The translations under genes were made by a program, and so were the position numbers. Shown piece by piece: positions 43,440 through 52,360 of a DNA stretch of 64,000 bases (position 1 is the first letter of the stretch; every line of letters begins with the position of its first letter). This DNA is from Bdellovibrionales bacterium (lineage in GTDB: Bacteria > Pseudomonadota > Alphaproteobacteria > UBA2400). Where the stretch lies: assembly GCA_039808765.1 (NCBI GenBank), contig JBDHTQ010000004.1:4642-68641 (forward strand). Direction: 5' to 3'. Under the pieces are notes generated by a model that was given only the letters and a program-made list of their open reading frames with translations, had not been told where the DNA came from and made no database searches.

Positions 43440-45038
43440 ATGCAGCAGGCGGTTTCGCGGTACTTTTTGTGTGGGTTGCTTCTTGTAAGCGGTTGCGCAG
43501 ATGAGGCGATAAAAAAAGAAATTGATCAACGCTACGATGTTGCCCAATCGCGCCTTGAAACGGCAAAAAGTCCTGCTGCTGATCGTCGGAGTGATCCGCT
43601 TGAAGTTTCTGACAGTGTTTGGCTTGGTGACTCCGCCATTGCTTTAAAATCCGGTGATCCTCTTCCCGCAAAATGGGTTGGCGAAGGTGCGATTGCTTTG
43701 CGGTCTGATACACCGCTTACGCTCAATCAAATTGTCAGTTTGCTTTCTACACAGACACAGATACCTTTTCGTTTGATCGCCAATGCCCAACAGATGTCGG
43801 GTGGGGCACCTGCTGCTGCAAGTCCTATTGCCAATCCTGCTTCGGGAAATGCGGCAACATCCCCTGTGGAAGATGGAATGACCTTCTCTTATGAGGGAAG
43901 TTTGTCAGGATTATTAGATCTGGTGTGCAGCTATTTTAATGTAAATTGGTATTATAAAAATGGCACGGTTAACATCAGTCGTTACGAAACTCGCACCTTT
44001 GTGCTTGATGCCTTGCCTGGTACGATCACGATGGCCGCACCAGATGACACAGCTGCAACCGGCGATGCCGCGTCTACCGCAACGGCCCAACCTTTGGCTA
44101 ATGCCAGTATTGATATCTGGGAAGATATCAACCGTATCCTGACAAACCTCGTTGGCACAGAGGGAACGTTAACCATTTCACAATCGAGCGGCACCATCGT
44201 TGTGAGCACAACACGTGATCGAATGGAACGGATCGCTGATTTTATTCAGGAAGAAAACCAGAGACTAAGCCGCCAAGTAGCTATTACGATTGAAATGTAT
44301 AATGTGACCATTACAGACCAACAAGAGTATGCACTGGATTTGCAACCGCAAATTAATACGGGGGGATGGTTTGGTAAATGGTTGAATATTTCAAACCTCA
44401 GTGGTGTCACGATCAACCAAAGTGATATTGCTGGGGCTAACTTATCGATTGGATTGATTAATCCCCCTGGTCTTTCTGGGAGTACTTCTGTTTTTCAAGC
44501 ACTAAACACGCTGGGTAAAACATCCCGCATTGCTCAAATTCCTTTGACGACGCTTAATAATCGCCCGGCCACGCAACGAATTGCAACGGATGAGGCATAT
44601 GTTTCGGGAACATCTGTCACGATTGATGCAAACTCGGGCGCAACAACAACAGAAATCACAACAGATAAAGTTGTTTCAGGTATCTCGGTGTCTGTATTGC
44701 CACGATTGATGAGCGATGGGCGTATGCTTTTGCAATATGCCTTAGCCCAAGGGGCACGCATTAAGTTTGATCCCTTTTTCTCGCCTGACGGAACGGCCTC
44801 TGTCCAGTTGCCGCAAACTCAAGGGGTGTCATTCAGTCAGCAAGTTATGATGAAAAATGGCTCGACACTGATTTTAGCCGGGTTTGATCAAAGCGACATG
44901 AATGACAGTCGAAGTTCTCCTCTTCGCGGTTTTGGCTTTTTCCTGGGCGGAACAAAAACAAACAATCAAGGGCGGAATTTGGTGGTGATTGCCATTACTC
45001 CGCGCGAAATCGTGGTCAATAATCCGGAGGCTTCGTAA
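43440..45038 (+). CDS. Type IVb pilus-type lipoprotein secretin (PilN/BfpB/TcpC-like)
   Basis: Lipobox LLLVSGC. The C-terminal secretin domain contains GSTLILAGFDQSD...RNLVVIAITPREIV. Length is 532 aa. Confidence 0.7.
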   Translation: MQQAVSRYFLCGLLLVSGCADEAIKKEIDQRYDVAQSRLETAKSPAADRRSDPLEVSDSVWLGDSAIALKSGDPLPAKWVGEGAIALRSDTPLTLNQIVSLLSTQTQIPFRLIANAQQMSGGAPAAASPIANPASGNAATSPVEDGMTFSYEGSLSGLLDLVCSYFNVNWYYKNGTVNISRYETRTFVLDALPGTITMAAPDDTAATGDAASTATAQPLANASIDIWEDINRILTNLVGTEGTLTISQSSGTIVVSTTRDRMERIADFIQEENQRLSRQVAITIEMYNVTITDQQEYALDLQPQINTGGWFGKWLNISNLSGVTINQSDIAGANLSIGLINPPGLSGSTSVFQALNTLGKTSRIAQIPLTTLNNRPATQRIATDEAYVSGTSVTIDANSGATTTEITTDKVVSGISVSVLPRLMSDGRMLLQYALAQGARIKFDPFFSPDGTASVQLPQTQGVSFSQQVMMKNGSTLILAGFDQSDMNDSRSSPLRGFGFFLGGTKTNNQGRNLVVIAITPREIVVNNPEAS

Positions 45039-45041
45039 ACC

Positions 45042-46358
45042 ATGGTGGCCGGCGTCATCTCCGTCGGCGGTAAAGGCTATGCCGTCGGGCTATACTGGCA
45101 GGTTTCAGATACTCCTAATGCTGCCAAATCAGCGCGTGTAGCTGCGCGCCAGCCTGGTGCTTTTGCTGATTTTTTCTGCGTACGTCCCGGGAATGCCAAA
45201 GGTCGTGCGCCCCAGTTTGGTTTGGGTGAGCAGCGTTTGGGCCATAAATGGAACATGCCTTCTGCCGCTGCATCGATGGCTAATGTTCAGCCGGGGTCTT
45301 GGGCTGGGGTTTTTGTTCAACCTGAGGGGGCTTGGTTTATTGAAGTCCGCGATGACTTGATTGCGCCCGAAGGAGATGTGATGTTCGCCGACGAAGCCGA
45401 GGCAATGTCAAGGCTTCAAGAAACGAGTGCGCATGGTGGTCTAGAGAGAATTTTTGCGCCTGCTGAATGGGCGATTCCCGGTGCTGAAAGCCGTTCGCTG
45501 TCTTTGCTTCTCTCTGGTAAAGCCGTCGCACGGTTGCAGCCCGTACGGTTGCCAACCAAGGTTATTAAAGGAATTGTTGGCGGTGTTGTCATTCTGGCGA
45601 TAATGATTGTTGGGCTGGTTTTTTGGCTAAACCAGCAACAAGCGGCTCGGGATCAGCTCGCTATTGAAGAAATTGAGCGGCAGGCCGCAGAGACAAAAAA
45701 GCGGCAAGAGCTTCAAAAAGCTGAAGAAGAACGTAAAAAAGCAGAAGAGGCTGAAAAAAACAGGCAGGCAGAAGAAGAAAAAAATCGCCGTGCCACGCAA
45801 GAAGCGCTGACTGCTCCGATTTATGGTCGGGTATGGGAAAATACGCCTAAGCCATTAACGTGGTTAGCGGCATGCCGAGATACCATGGATAAAGTACAAA
45901 TTTCACCTCTGGGATGGTCATTGGTGAGTGTTGTTTGCCATGGAAATCAGGTGGATGCGTCATGGTCACGGCGTAACGGTCCGGCTATGGTGCCGCGCGA
46001 TGCCTTGGTTGATGAAGCGATGAAATCGGCCACGGTTAGCTACAATCTGCCAACATTGAGTCCGCGCGGAACAGAATTGCTATGGCCTGCAGATGCTATC
46101 ATGCTTTATACTCTTAATAATGACTGGTCAGCGAGCCTCTCGTATGTCAAAGATCCAGATCTGCCGCCTCTGCCCAACGGTCAGCGCTTGCCGCCACCGC
46201 CATGGGCCAAGCGTAAGGTAGACTGGGAGGTGCCTTTGTCTCCGTGGACGATGAAGGGGCCGTTTGTTGACTTGCCGGGACTGGTACTGGACTCGTTGAC
46301 GTGGAATCAAAACGGTACATGGAAAATAGAAGGGCTGCTGTATGAACAACGCAAGTAA
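45042..46358 (+). CDS. PilO-like bitopic type IVb pilus biogenesis protein
   Basis: 438 aa. An N-terminal cytoplasmic domain of about 190 aa is followed by a single transmembrane segment (IVGGVVILAIMIVGLVFWL), a Lys/Glu-rich coiled coil (KKRQELQKAEEERKKAEEAEKNRQAEEEKNRR) and a periplasmic domain. Its position between the secretin and PilP matches R64 pilO. Confidence 0.45.
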   Translation: MVAGVISVGGKGYAVGLYWQVSDTPNAAKSARVAARQPGAFADFFCVRPGNAKGRAPQFGLGEQRLGHKWNMPSAAASMANVQPGSWAGVFVQPEGAWFIEVRDDLIAPEGDVMFADEAEAMSRLQETSAHGGLERIFAPAEWAIPGAESRSLSLLLSGKAVARLQPVRLPTKVIKGIVGGVVILAIMIVGLVFWLNQQQAARDQLAIEEIERQAAETKKRQELQKAEEERKKAEEAEKNRQAEEEKNRRATQEALTAPIYGRVWENTPKPLTWLAACRDTMDKVQISPLGWSLVSVVCHGNQVDASWSRRNGPAMVPRDALVDEAMKSATVSYNLPTLSPRGTELLWPADAIMLYTLNNDWSASLSYVKDPDLPPLPNGQRLPPPPWAKRKVDWEVPLSPWTMKGPFVDLPGLVLDSLTWNQNGTWKIEGLLYEQRK

Positions 46359-47193
46359 TGGTCAAAGAAAAGCCCGACGTGTAAGAATGGCAACACGATT
46401 CATTGCTGGTTTTGCGCTTTGGGGATTCGCCTTTGCGGGGCTGTATTCTGCGCCCACACATGCTACGTCTGTGCCCCCGCAAACCGATTCATCTGCTGTT
46501 GGTTCGCCGTTGTCCTCTCCGCCTGTGGTTGAGGTTTTGCGTGCGCCAGAGGTGACCCCGCCTCAATCTGTGGTGGCCGAGCAGCCTGGACAAAGTCTTG
46601 TAACACCTGCTGCATCCGGTACATCGACAAAAGATGAAGCGTCGTCCGAATCATCAAAAGATGCAGGATCTCAAGCTGAGGATGCTGAGAGTGCGAATGA
46701 TATTAATCCTGATAAAATTTTGAACACGTTACGTCAGTCTAATGGGCCGCCGCTCACGCTTTCACAGTTGGCTGCGATCAATGATGCACTTAAAAAGATG
46801 GAGTATGTAAAGGACATTGAAACGAAGATTCAAAGTATGCAGATGAGTGCGAACACTTCTTCCTCTGTTATTGGTCTTGGTACACCTGGGTCTTCAGTCA
46901 TCTCTCCTATGGGGGGCGCCCCTTTTCCTTCTCCTTCGGGCAATTCAGCGCCCTCTACTGATCAGCCTGTTGTTTTGCGTGTGTATGCTCTGCAAGGCGT
47001 GTTTAAAGCTGTCGTTCTCTTCAATAAACAGCAGCAAACTGTTGAGGTGGGGGATAGCATTGGGGGGCTGAAGGTAACTGATATTTCACTTGCCGGAGTT
47101 CGGGTAAATCAGGCATTGGGTGGTGTGAGCACCCTACCGTTTGCGACAGTAAATAGTTTACAAAACGTTACCGTTGCCGTTCCAAGAAAATGA
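46342..47193 (+). CDS. PilP-like protein (secretin-interacting C-terminal beta domain)
   Basis: N-terminal transmembrane/signal-like segment FIAGFALWGFAFAGLY. A Ser/Pro-rich linker follows. The C-terminal PVVLRVYALQGVFKAVVLFNKQQQTVEVGDSIGGLKVTDISLAGVRVN is a PilP/GspC-HR-like motif. Confidence 0.5.
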   Translation: MNNASNGQRKARRVRMATRFIAGFALWGFAFAGLYSAPTHATSVPPQTDSSAVGSPLSSPPVVEVLRAPEVTPPQSVVAEQPGQSLVTPAASGTSTKDEASSESSKDAGSQAEDAESANDINPDKILNTLRQSNGPPLTLSQLAAINDALKKMEYVKDIETKIQSMQMSANTSSSVIGLGTPGSSVISPMGGAPFPSPSGNSAPSTDQPVVLRVYALQGVFKAVVLFNKQQQTVEVGDSIGGLKVTDISLAGVRVNQALGGVSTLPFATVNSLQNVTVAVPRK

Positions 47194-47368
47194 TAATTGT
47201 TGTTTTATCAAACGAACAATTTAAATTATTTGAATGAGTTGCAAACATTCTTGAATCTTTTTAGTCTTCCTTAACCCTAACCAGTGTTAACTAGACCATG
47301 TGCCTTCACGCCTTGTGTTCAACTCAGAAACACATGTGAGTGGCAGGAGAGTGGATTAGGGATAGATC

Positions 47369-49084
47369 GTGGAACCTTTATCTTCAACCAGTAGCTCGGG
47401 AACTGACGCATCAAGCGGTAGACCGGGACGCATCCCTTTTAGTGGAAAAGTTTTAACCGCTGAAGATGGGCCGTTGCGTATTGCTGCTGAGTCACGAAAG
47501 TTGTGTGCGTTGTTTGATAATGGTATGTGGTTGGTTTCTGAAAGCTATAAAAACTCTCCGTTTGTGACCTCGGTGGCGGCGCAAGCGCGTCGTCAGGGGC
47601 ATAAGGTCAGTGATGCGAATTACGTCACACCGGATATTATACAACAGGCCTATAACTATGCACAGCGCGATACACAGGTTTCTGTCATTGATGAGAACGT
47701 TGTTCGTCGCCGTATTAAAGAGGTTTTTACAAAGGCGCGTGAAGTTGGTGCGAATGACGTGCATATGGAAGTGGCTAACGGCCGCACGAAAATTGAGTTT
47801 CGCATCGATGGTAGCCTTGTTGTCTCTGACACACTGACAGAAAAGGAAGGTGAAACGATGATGGCGGCCATCTGGTCGCACTCTGCAGCGCAATCCGGCG
47901 CGACGCCTAACTGGTTAGAGCCGATGGCAGCGATGTTGCGCGCAGGTCAAACCGGCAAAGATGCCATGGAGCTTCCTGAAGGATTGCTCGGTGTTCGATG
48001 TCAATGGATCCCCATTGTTGATGGGGGTCGTTATCTCGTTATGCGCATGCATTATGATAACATGCATATCCAGGGCGGTAGTCACGATATGGATGTGGAT
48101 ACGCTTGGTTTTACACCCGAGCAAACGTCATTGGTGCGCCATCTTCGTCGCCTGCCGGGCGGTATGCGCATTGTGGCGGGGCCGGTGAACCAAGGTAAAA
48201 CCACAACACTGCGCGTGATTCTTAATCGCCGTATGGCCGAGACCAACTATCGTCTTAACTGCTTGCTGATTGAAGACCCGCCTGAAGGGGGGATTATCGG
48301 AGCGAGACAAATCGGTGTGTCGGCTTCACATGATGAAGATATGCGCGAACGGGTTTTTATGGAAGTTCAGCGCTCGGCCCTTCGCCTTGACCCGGATATC
48401 ATCATGCTGGGTGAAATCCGTGACCTGCAAACTGCAGGTTTTGCTTATAAAATGGCCCTAACAGGTCGTCAGGTCTATACCACTATTCACGCTTATTCTG
48501 CTCTCGCTATTCCGCAACGTTTGCGAGATATCGGTATTCAGCCATATCTTGTTTACGATCACAATTTGTTGCGCGGGTTGGTGACACAGCGACTGGTACG
48601 TACATTATGTTCGCACTGCAAGGTGCCTTTGGTGGAGGCTATGCGCCAGCGTCCGCAACTTGCGGCGTTGACGATACGATTGCGTGCTGCGGTGGCGTTG
48701 ATGGATGCCGAAACGCGCGCCCGTCAGGACGGTGTTGGTCTTGATGAAATAAAGTTGCTAGAGCCTGATCTTTCGGATGTTTTTGTTGCAAGCGGCAAGG
48801 GATGCGAGCACTGCATCGGGGGGCATTCCGGGCGCACGGTCTTGGCTGAGGTTATTGAAACAGACAGTCGCCTGATGGCGCTTTTACGTGATGATAAGAT
48901 GGAACAAGCACGCGCCTATTGGCTTTCGCACAATGGGCTTGGGGGCATTTCGATGCTTTGGCATGCCTTGGGCAAGGTTGTTGTGGGCAAGGTGAGTCCC
49001 GAGGATGCTGAGTTTGAGCTGGGACCATTGGCCAGAGAGCGTGATCTGCGCGAGTTTGAAGAACGCTCCGGCAATAATTACTGA
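47369..49084 (+). CDS. GspE-family secretion/pilus assembly ATPase (PilQ-like of type IVb pili)
   Basis: Walker A VAGPVNQGKTTTLRV; CLLIEDPPE; His box TTIHAYSA; tetra-Cys motif CSHCK...CEHC. Length 571 aa. Confidence 0.8.
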   Translation: MEPLSSTSSSGTDASSGRPGRIPFSGKVLTAEDGPLRIAAESRKLCALFDNGMWLVSESYKNSPFVTSVAAQARRQGHKVSDANYVTPDIIQQAYNYAQRDTQVSVIDENVVRRRIKEVFTKAREVGANDVHMEVANGRTKIEFRIDGSLVVSDTLTEKEGETMMAAIWSHSAAQSGATPNWLEPMAAMLRAGQTGKDAMELPEGLLGVRCQWIPIVDGGRYLVMRMHYDNMHIQGGSHDMDVDTLGFTPEQTSLVRHLRRLPGGMRIVAGPVNQGKTTTLRVILNRRMAETNYRLNCLLIEDPPEGGIIGARQIGVSASHDEDMRERVFMEVQRSALRLDPDIIMLGEIRDLQTAGFAYKMALTGRQVYTTIHAYSALAIPQRLRDIGIQPYLVYDHNLLRGLVTQRLVRTLCSHCKVPLVEAMRQRPQLAALTIRLRAAVALMDAETRARQDGVGLDEIKLLEPDLSDVFVASGKGCEHCIGGHSGRTVLAEVIETDSRLMALLRDDKMEQARAYWLSHNGLGGISMLWHALGKVVVGKVSPEDAEFELGPLARERDLREFEERSGNNY

Positions 49085-49143
49085 TTTTTTCGCGTTGAAA
49101 TAACGTGTGTTAACAAAGTGAATGATGACAGAAAGACAAAACG

Positions 49144-50205
49144 ATGTTTGATTCATTTACACTGTCGATGGCCCAGTACAAAATGCGGCGAAGCAAAAAG
49201 CAACGCTTTCGCATTTACCGCAAACTGCAAGGCATGATGGAGATGAACGAGCCGTTACCGACGGCGTTGGATCGGTTGTGGCGTAACGTTTCGGAAGATG
49301 GGCAAAAACCAAATCGTCCTGCTGCATTGGCTGTGCAGCAATGGTTAGAGCGTAGCCGTCAGGGTAAAGAACTCGCCGACATGCTTGATGGTTGGATTCC
49401 ACAACGTGAATTAATGCTTTTGCGTGCTGGTGAAGAATCGGGAAACGTGGCCAAAGCCATTGGTTCGATTATGTCGGTGGATGAAGCCGCTGAAAAAATG
49501 CGCCGCGCGATTATGAGTGCGGTTACCTATCCGGTTTTTATTTTTCTTTTGATGTCAGGTATTATGTGGATGTTCGGTGTTAACCTGATTGAGCCGATGC
49601 GCAAAAATGCTCCCCCTGCTGTTTTTGCTAAAATGCAAGGGATTGCAGCTGTGTCCGACTTTGTTCGCCATAGTGGATTCCTGACGTTGTGCCTGATCGG
49701 TGGCTTTGTGGCGCTCATCATCTTCAGCTTGCCGCGCTGGAAAGGGAAGCTGCGCGCGCGTTTTGATATGTTTCCACCTTACGCATGGTATCGTGTTTGG
49801 CAGGGAAGTGCGTTTTTGCTCTCAATGTCGGCTTTGCTCAGTGCACAAGTGCCATTACGCAAATGTTTTGAAATTTTATTGGTTAACGCAAAGCCATGGT
49901 TAGCTGAACGACTGGAATCGGCTCGGCAGGAAATTTTGCGTGGTCGTAATCTTGGTGAAGCGTTACGCGTGCAGGGACTGAATTTTCCCGATCCGCAGCT
50001 GGCACGCGATCTTGAAATTCTTTCCGAACGATCCGATATTGCCCGCACGCTTGAGATTCTCGTGCGCGACTGGCTGGAAGAGCAAACCCGAGCCCTTAAC
50101 GGGCAGGCGGCCTTGGTTCGGACCGTTGGAATGGGGCTGGTCGGGGGCTTTATTGCGTGGGCGATGATGTCCATCGTCAGCATTAGCCAAGCCGTGGCGC
50201 AATAG
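49144..50205 (+). CDS. GspF-family inner-membrane platform protein (PilR-like)
   Basis: 353 aa. It has two GspF-like repeats with three transmembrane segments. The GspF-type N-terminus reads KKQRFRIYRKLQGMMEMNEPLPTAL. Confidence 0.75.
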   Translation: MFDSFTLSMAQYKMRRSKKQRFRIYRKLQGMMEMNEPLPTALDRLWRNVSEDGQKPNRPAALAVQQWLERSRQGKELADMLDGWIPQRELMLLRAGEESGNVAKAIGSIMSVDEAAEKMRRAIMSAVTYPVFIFLLMSGIMWMFGVNLIEPMRKNAPPAVFAKMQGIAAVSDFVRHSGFLTLCLIGGFVALIIFSLPRWKGKLRARFDMFPPYAWYRVWQGSAFLLSMSALLSAQVPLRKCFEILLVNAKPWLAERLESARQEILRGRNLGEALRVQGLNFPDPQLARDLEILSERSDIARTLEILVRDWLEEQTRALNGQAALVRTVGMGLVGGFIAWAMMSIVSISQAVAQ

Positions 50206-50279
50206 TTAATACTCAAAAGAAAGCGCTTGTGACAGCGAGTAGCCTTGACCACGGGCCATGGCTCTGCTAGGCGATAGTC

Positions 50280-50963
50280 ATGACCAATTTACTTCTCCAA
50301 GAAATCGATGAAGAGGTCCGTAGGGATCGTCTGGCCCAGATTTGGGCGCGTCACGGCCGTCTTCTGATCGGGTTGAGCATTGCTTTTGTTGTTCTTGCCG
50401 CTGCGTACAGCGTATATCTTAACAACTGGACGCAAAAACAGGAAACTGCGACAGCAGGCCTTGTCGAAATTTTGCAAAATTCGTCGCGTTTGGTTCCTGA
50501 TGAAAAAGGGGACAAAAAAAATGACGATGGTAAATTTCAAAAAGAGCTGATTGATTATGCCGGAACTGCACCGGCTGAACTCGCCATGTTGGCACGATTA
50601 TATGCTGCAAGCCAGATTGAGGGCGATGCCCAGCGTAAAAATGCTTTGGATGAATTGAACAAGATTGTAACCGCTCAAAACATTAATCCGCTTTACCAAG
50701 AGTTGGCTAAAATCCTGTCGGTGCAGATGCGCTTGGATCAAGATGATCCTGCCGCTTTGCAAGCAGAGTTAGCGCCTTTAATGAAAGATACGCAACCGTG
50801 GCGGCATTCTGCGCGTGAGCTTTCCGCACTGCTCTCCTATAAAATGGGCGATAAAGAAGCAGCAAAGAAAACAGTGGCCACACTTTTAGGCGATGAAGAT
50901 GCGCCAGAATCGCTTAAAGAACGGGCGAAAAAACTTGAATCGCTCCTTAATCGGGCGTCATAA
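50280..50963 (+). CDS. YfgM-like bitopic TPR-like protein (conserved upstream partner of bamB)
   Basis: N-terminal LQEIDEEVRRDRLAQIWARHGRLLIGLSIAFVVLAAAYSVY is YfgM-like. It sits in the yfgM-bamB-der arrangement. Confidence 0.6.
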   Translation: MTNLLLQEIDEEVRRDRLAQIWARHGRLLIGLSIAFVVLAAAYSVYLNNWTQKQETATAGLVEILQNSSRLVPDEKGDKKNDDGKFQKELIDYAGTAPAELAMLARLYAASQIEGDAQRKNALDELNKIVTAQNINPLYQELAKILSVQMRLDQDDPAALQAELAPLMKDTQPWRHSARELSALLSYKMGDKEAAKKTVATLLGDEDAPESLKERAKKLESLLNRAS

Positions 50964-50984
50964 GTTTACCGTTGCCGGTTCTTC

Positions 50985-52352
50985 ATGGAGGATAGGATGC
51001 CGTTGTTTCAATCGATAAGTAAGAAACGTTTGCATACACTTTTTCCGCTTGGAATTTTAATGTTGAGCCTTTCTGCCTGCGGTGGTTGGTGGGGTGCAGA
51101 AGATTCTACACCTCCGCTTGAGGGCAAACGTGTTCCTGTTTTGGTTTATGATCAGGGGATTAAAGTCGATGCGCAACTGGCGGCCACACCCCTTGAACTG
51201 CCGCCCGCCCAAGAAAACACGGTTTGGCCAACTTCTGGTGGTTTTGCTAGCCATGAGGGTGGACATCCCCAGTTGAATGATCAGCTTAAGAAATCGTGGC
51301 GTGTTGATGTGGGCAATTCGATCAATCGGTCTCACCCGATCATCCCAACACCGGTGGTGGCCAATGGGGTCATCTACACGATGGACAGTAGCACGCTGGT
51401 GAGCGCTTTTTCAGCCGATAAAGGCAAGGAAATTTGGAGTATTGATTTGGCACCGAAAGGGGAGAGCCACGATGCTTCAGGGGGCGGGTTAGGGCTATTG
51501 CCCGGGCGCCTGTTTGTTTCAACAGGTTATGGCGAAATCATTGCGCTTGACACAGCCAATGGCAAGGTGATCTGGCGCCAGCGGGTAGAAAGTCCCGTCC
51601 GCAGTGCACCAGCGATTGCCAAAAACATGGTTTTTGTCGTGACAATTGATAATCGGCTGGTTGCACTCTCTGCAGATACCGGTGATATTGCGTGGACGCA
51701 TAATGGTTTAAGTGAGGATGTTGGATTGCTTGGCGCACCGAGTCCAGCGGTTTATAACGACGATCTGCTGGTGGCTTATTCCTCTGGCGAATTGTTTTCG
51801 TTGCGCATTGGTAATGGGCAAGAGCAGTGGGCGGATAATTTGGCTTCTATCCGCCGTGAAGGCGGGGTAAGCAGCATTGCGGCCATTCGTGGTCAACCTG
51901 TTTTGGCTGCGGGTGGTGTGGCGGCTGTTGCGATTAGCAATTCCGGTCGTTTGGTCGCTATTGATACCCGCACAGGTCAACGCGTCTGGAGCCAACGGAT
52001 TAGCGGAACGCAAATGCCATGGATTGCTGGCTCAATGATTTTTATCGTTTCAAGTGATGCACAGCTGGTGGCGCTTGACTTGAAAGATGGTAAAATTCGT
52101 TGGGTAAAAGGATTGGCGCAATGGACGCACCCGAAAGATCGTGAAGGGGTTATCGCGTGGTATGGACCTGTTCTTGCGGGAACATCCCTTTGGTTGACCA
52201 ATAGTGAAGGACAATTGCTTCGCTTTGATCCCGCAACAGGCGAGCAAAAAGAAAAGATTGATGCCGGTAGTGCCTTCAATCGTGCTCCGATTGTGGTAGG
52301 AAAAACACTTTACACTTTAGATGACAACGCAACGCTTGCGGCGTGGCAGTAA
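50985..52352 (+). CDS. bamB: Outer-membrane assembly lipoprotein BamB (PQQ-repeat beta-propeller)
   Basis: Lipobox LSLSAC. PQQ-like repeats are present (GKEIWSIDL, GKVIWRQRV, GDIAWTHNG, GKIRWVKGL). Confidence 0.8.
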   Translation: MEDRMPLFQSISKKRLHTLFPLGILMLSLSACGGWWGAEDSTPPLEGKRVPVLVYDQGIKVDAQLAATPLELPPAQENTVWPTSGGFASHEGGHPQLNDQLKKSWRVDVGNSINRSHPIIPTPVVANGVIYTMDSSTLVSAFSADKGKEIWSIDLAPKGESHDASGGGLGLLPGRLFVSTGYGEIIALDTANGKVIWRQRVESPVRSAPAIAKNMVFVVTIDNRLVALSADTGDIAWTHNGLSEDVGLLGAPSPAVYNDDLLVAYSSGELFSLRIGNGQEQWADNLASIRREGGVSSIAAIRGQPVLAAGGVAAVAISNSGRLVAIDTRTGQRVWSQRISGTQMPWIAGSMIFIVSSDAQLVALDLKDGKIRWVKGLAQWTHPKDREGVIAWYGPVLAGTSLWLTNSEGQLLRFDPATGEQKEKIDAGSAFNRAPIVVGKTLYTLDDNATLAAWQ

Positions 52353-52360
52353 GAGATACG

